NCBI GenBank assembly: GCA_037439545.1
Contig: JBBIVV010000043.1
Coordinates: forward strand, 1 to 16,158
Length of the DNA: 16,158 nucleotides
Reading direction: 5' to 3'
From: a bacterium
GTDB lineage: Bacteria > JAMCPX01
The position numbers and the translations under genes are program-made. Positions 16,077 through 16,158 of the stretch are shown here, piece after piece. The notes under the pieces are model-generated. The model searched no databases and had not been told where the DNA came from. It saw only the letters and a program-made list of their open reading frames with translations. The number at the start of each line of letters is the position of its first letter. Positions within the stretch are counted from its first letter, which is position 1.

Positions 16077-16158
16077 GCCGAAGTGGTGGAACTGGTAGAC
16101 ACACCATCTTGAGGGGGTGGCGGGTAACACCGTGCGGGTTCGAGTCCCGCCTTCGGCA
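16077..16158 (+). tRNA. tRNA-Leu (anticodon GAG)
   Basis: Acceptor stem GCCGAAG/CTTCGGC plus discriminator A; D-loop GGAACTGGTAGAC; anticodon arm CCATC-TTGAGGG-GGTGG (GAG at 16111-16113); long variable arm; GCGGG-TTCGAGT-CCCGC T-arm. CCA would lie beyond the window. Confidence 0.97.

Overview
Bacterial chromosomal window, almost entirely + strand; gene order and style suggest a diderm, probably deltaproteobacterial-type organism (inference only). The right half (9.4-16.2 kb) is housekeeping: M23 peptidase, rlmE, alpha/beta-hydrolase, tandem-domain universal stress protein, gap-pgk-tpiA-secG and tRNA-Leu(GAG), which ends at the last base of the window. The left half (1-9.4 kb) is rich in envelope proteins of unknown role. 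It has (i) a divergent promoter region with a CRP/FNR-like palindrome, (ii) a three-gene operon of an exported hypothetical protein, an exported START/SRPBCC protein and a lipoprotein-anchored GH1 glycosidase, followed by an outer-membrane beta-barrel gene, (iii) a TalC-type transaldolase, and (iv) a cassette of two paralogous beta-propeller lipoproteins plus a small outer-membrane beta-barrel. Three consecutive intergenic spaces carry GTCATT...AATGAC palindromic repeats of different subtypes, and another palindrome forms the rlmE C-terminus. The best candidates for undescribed systems are the exported START+GH1 operon (possible glycolipid/glycoside scavenging) and the twin-propeller/barrel cassette. 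No CRISPR array, transposase, integrase or phage gene is visible.
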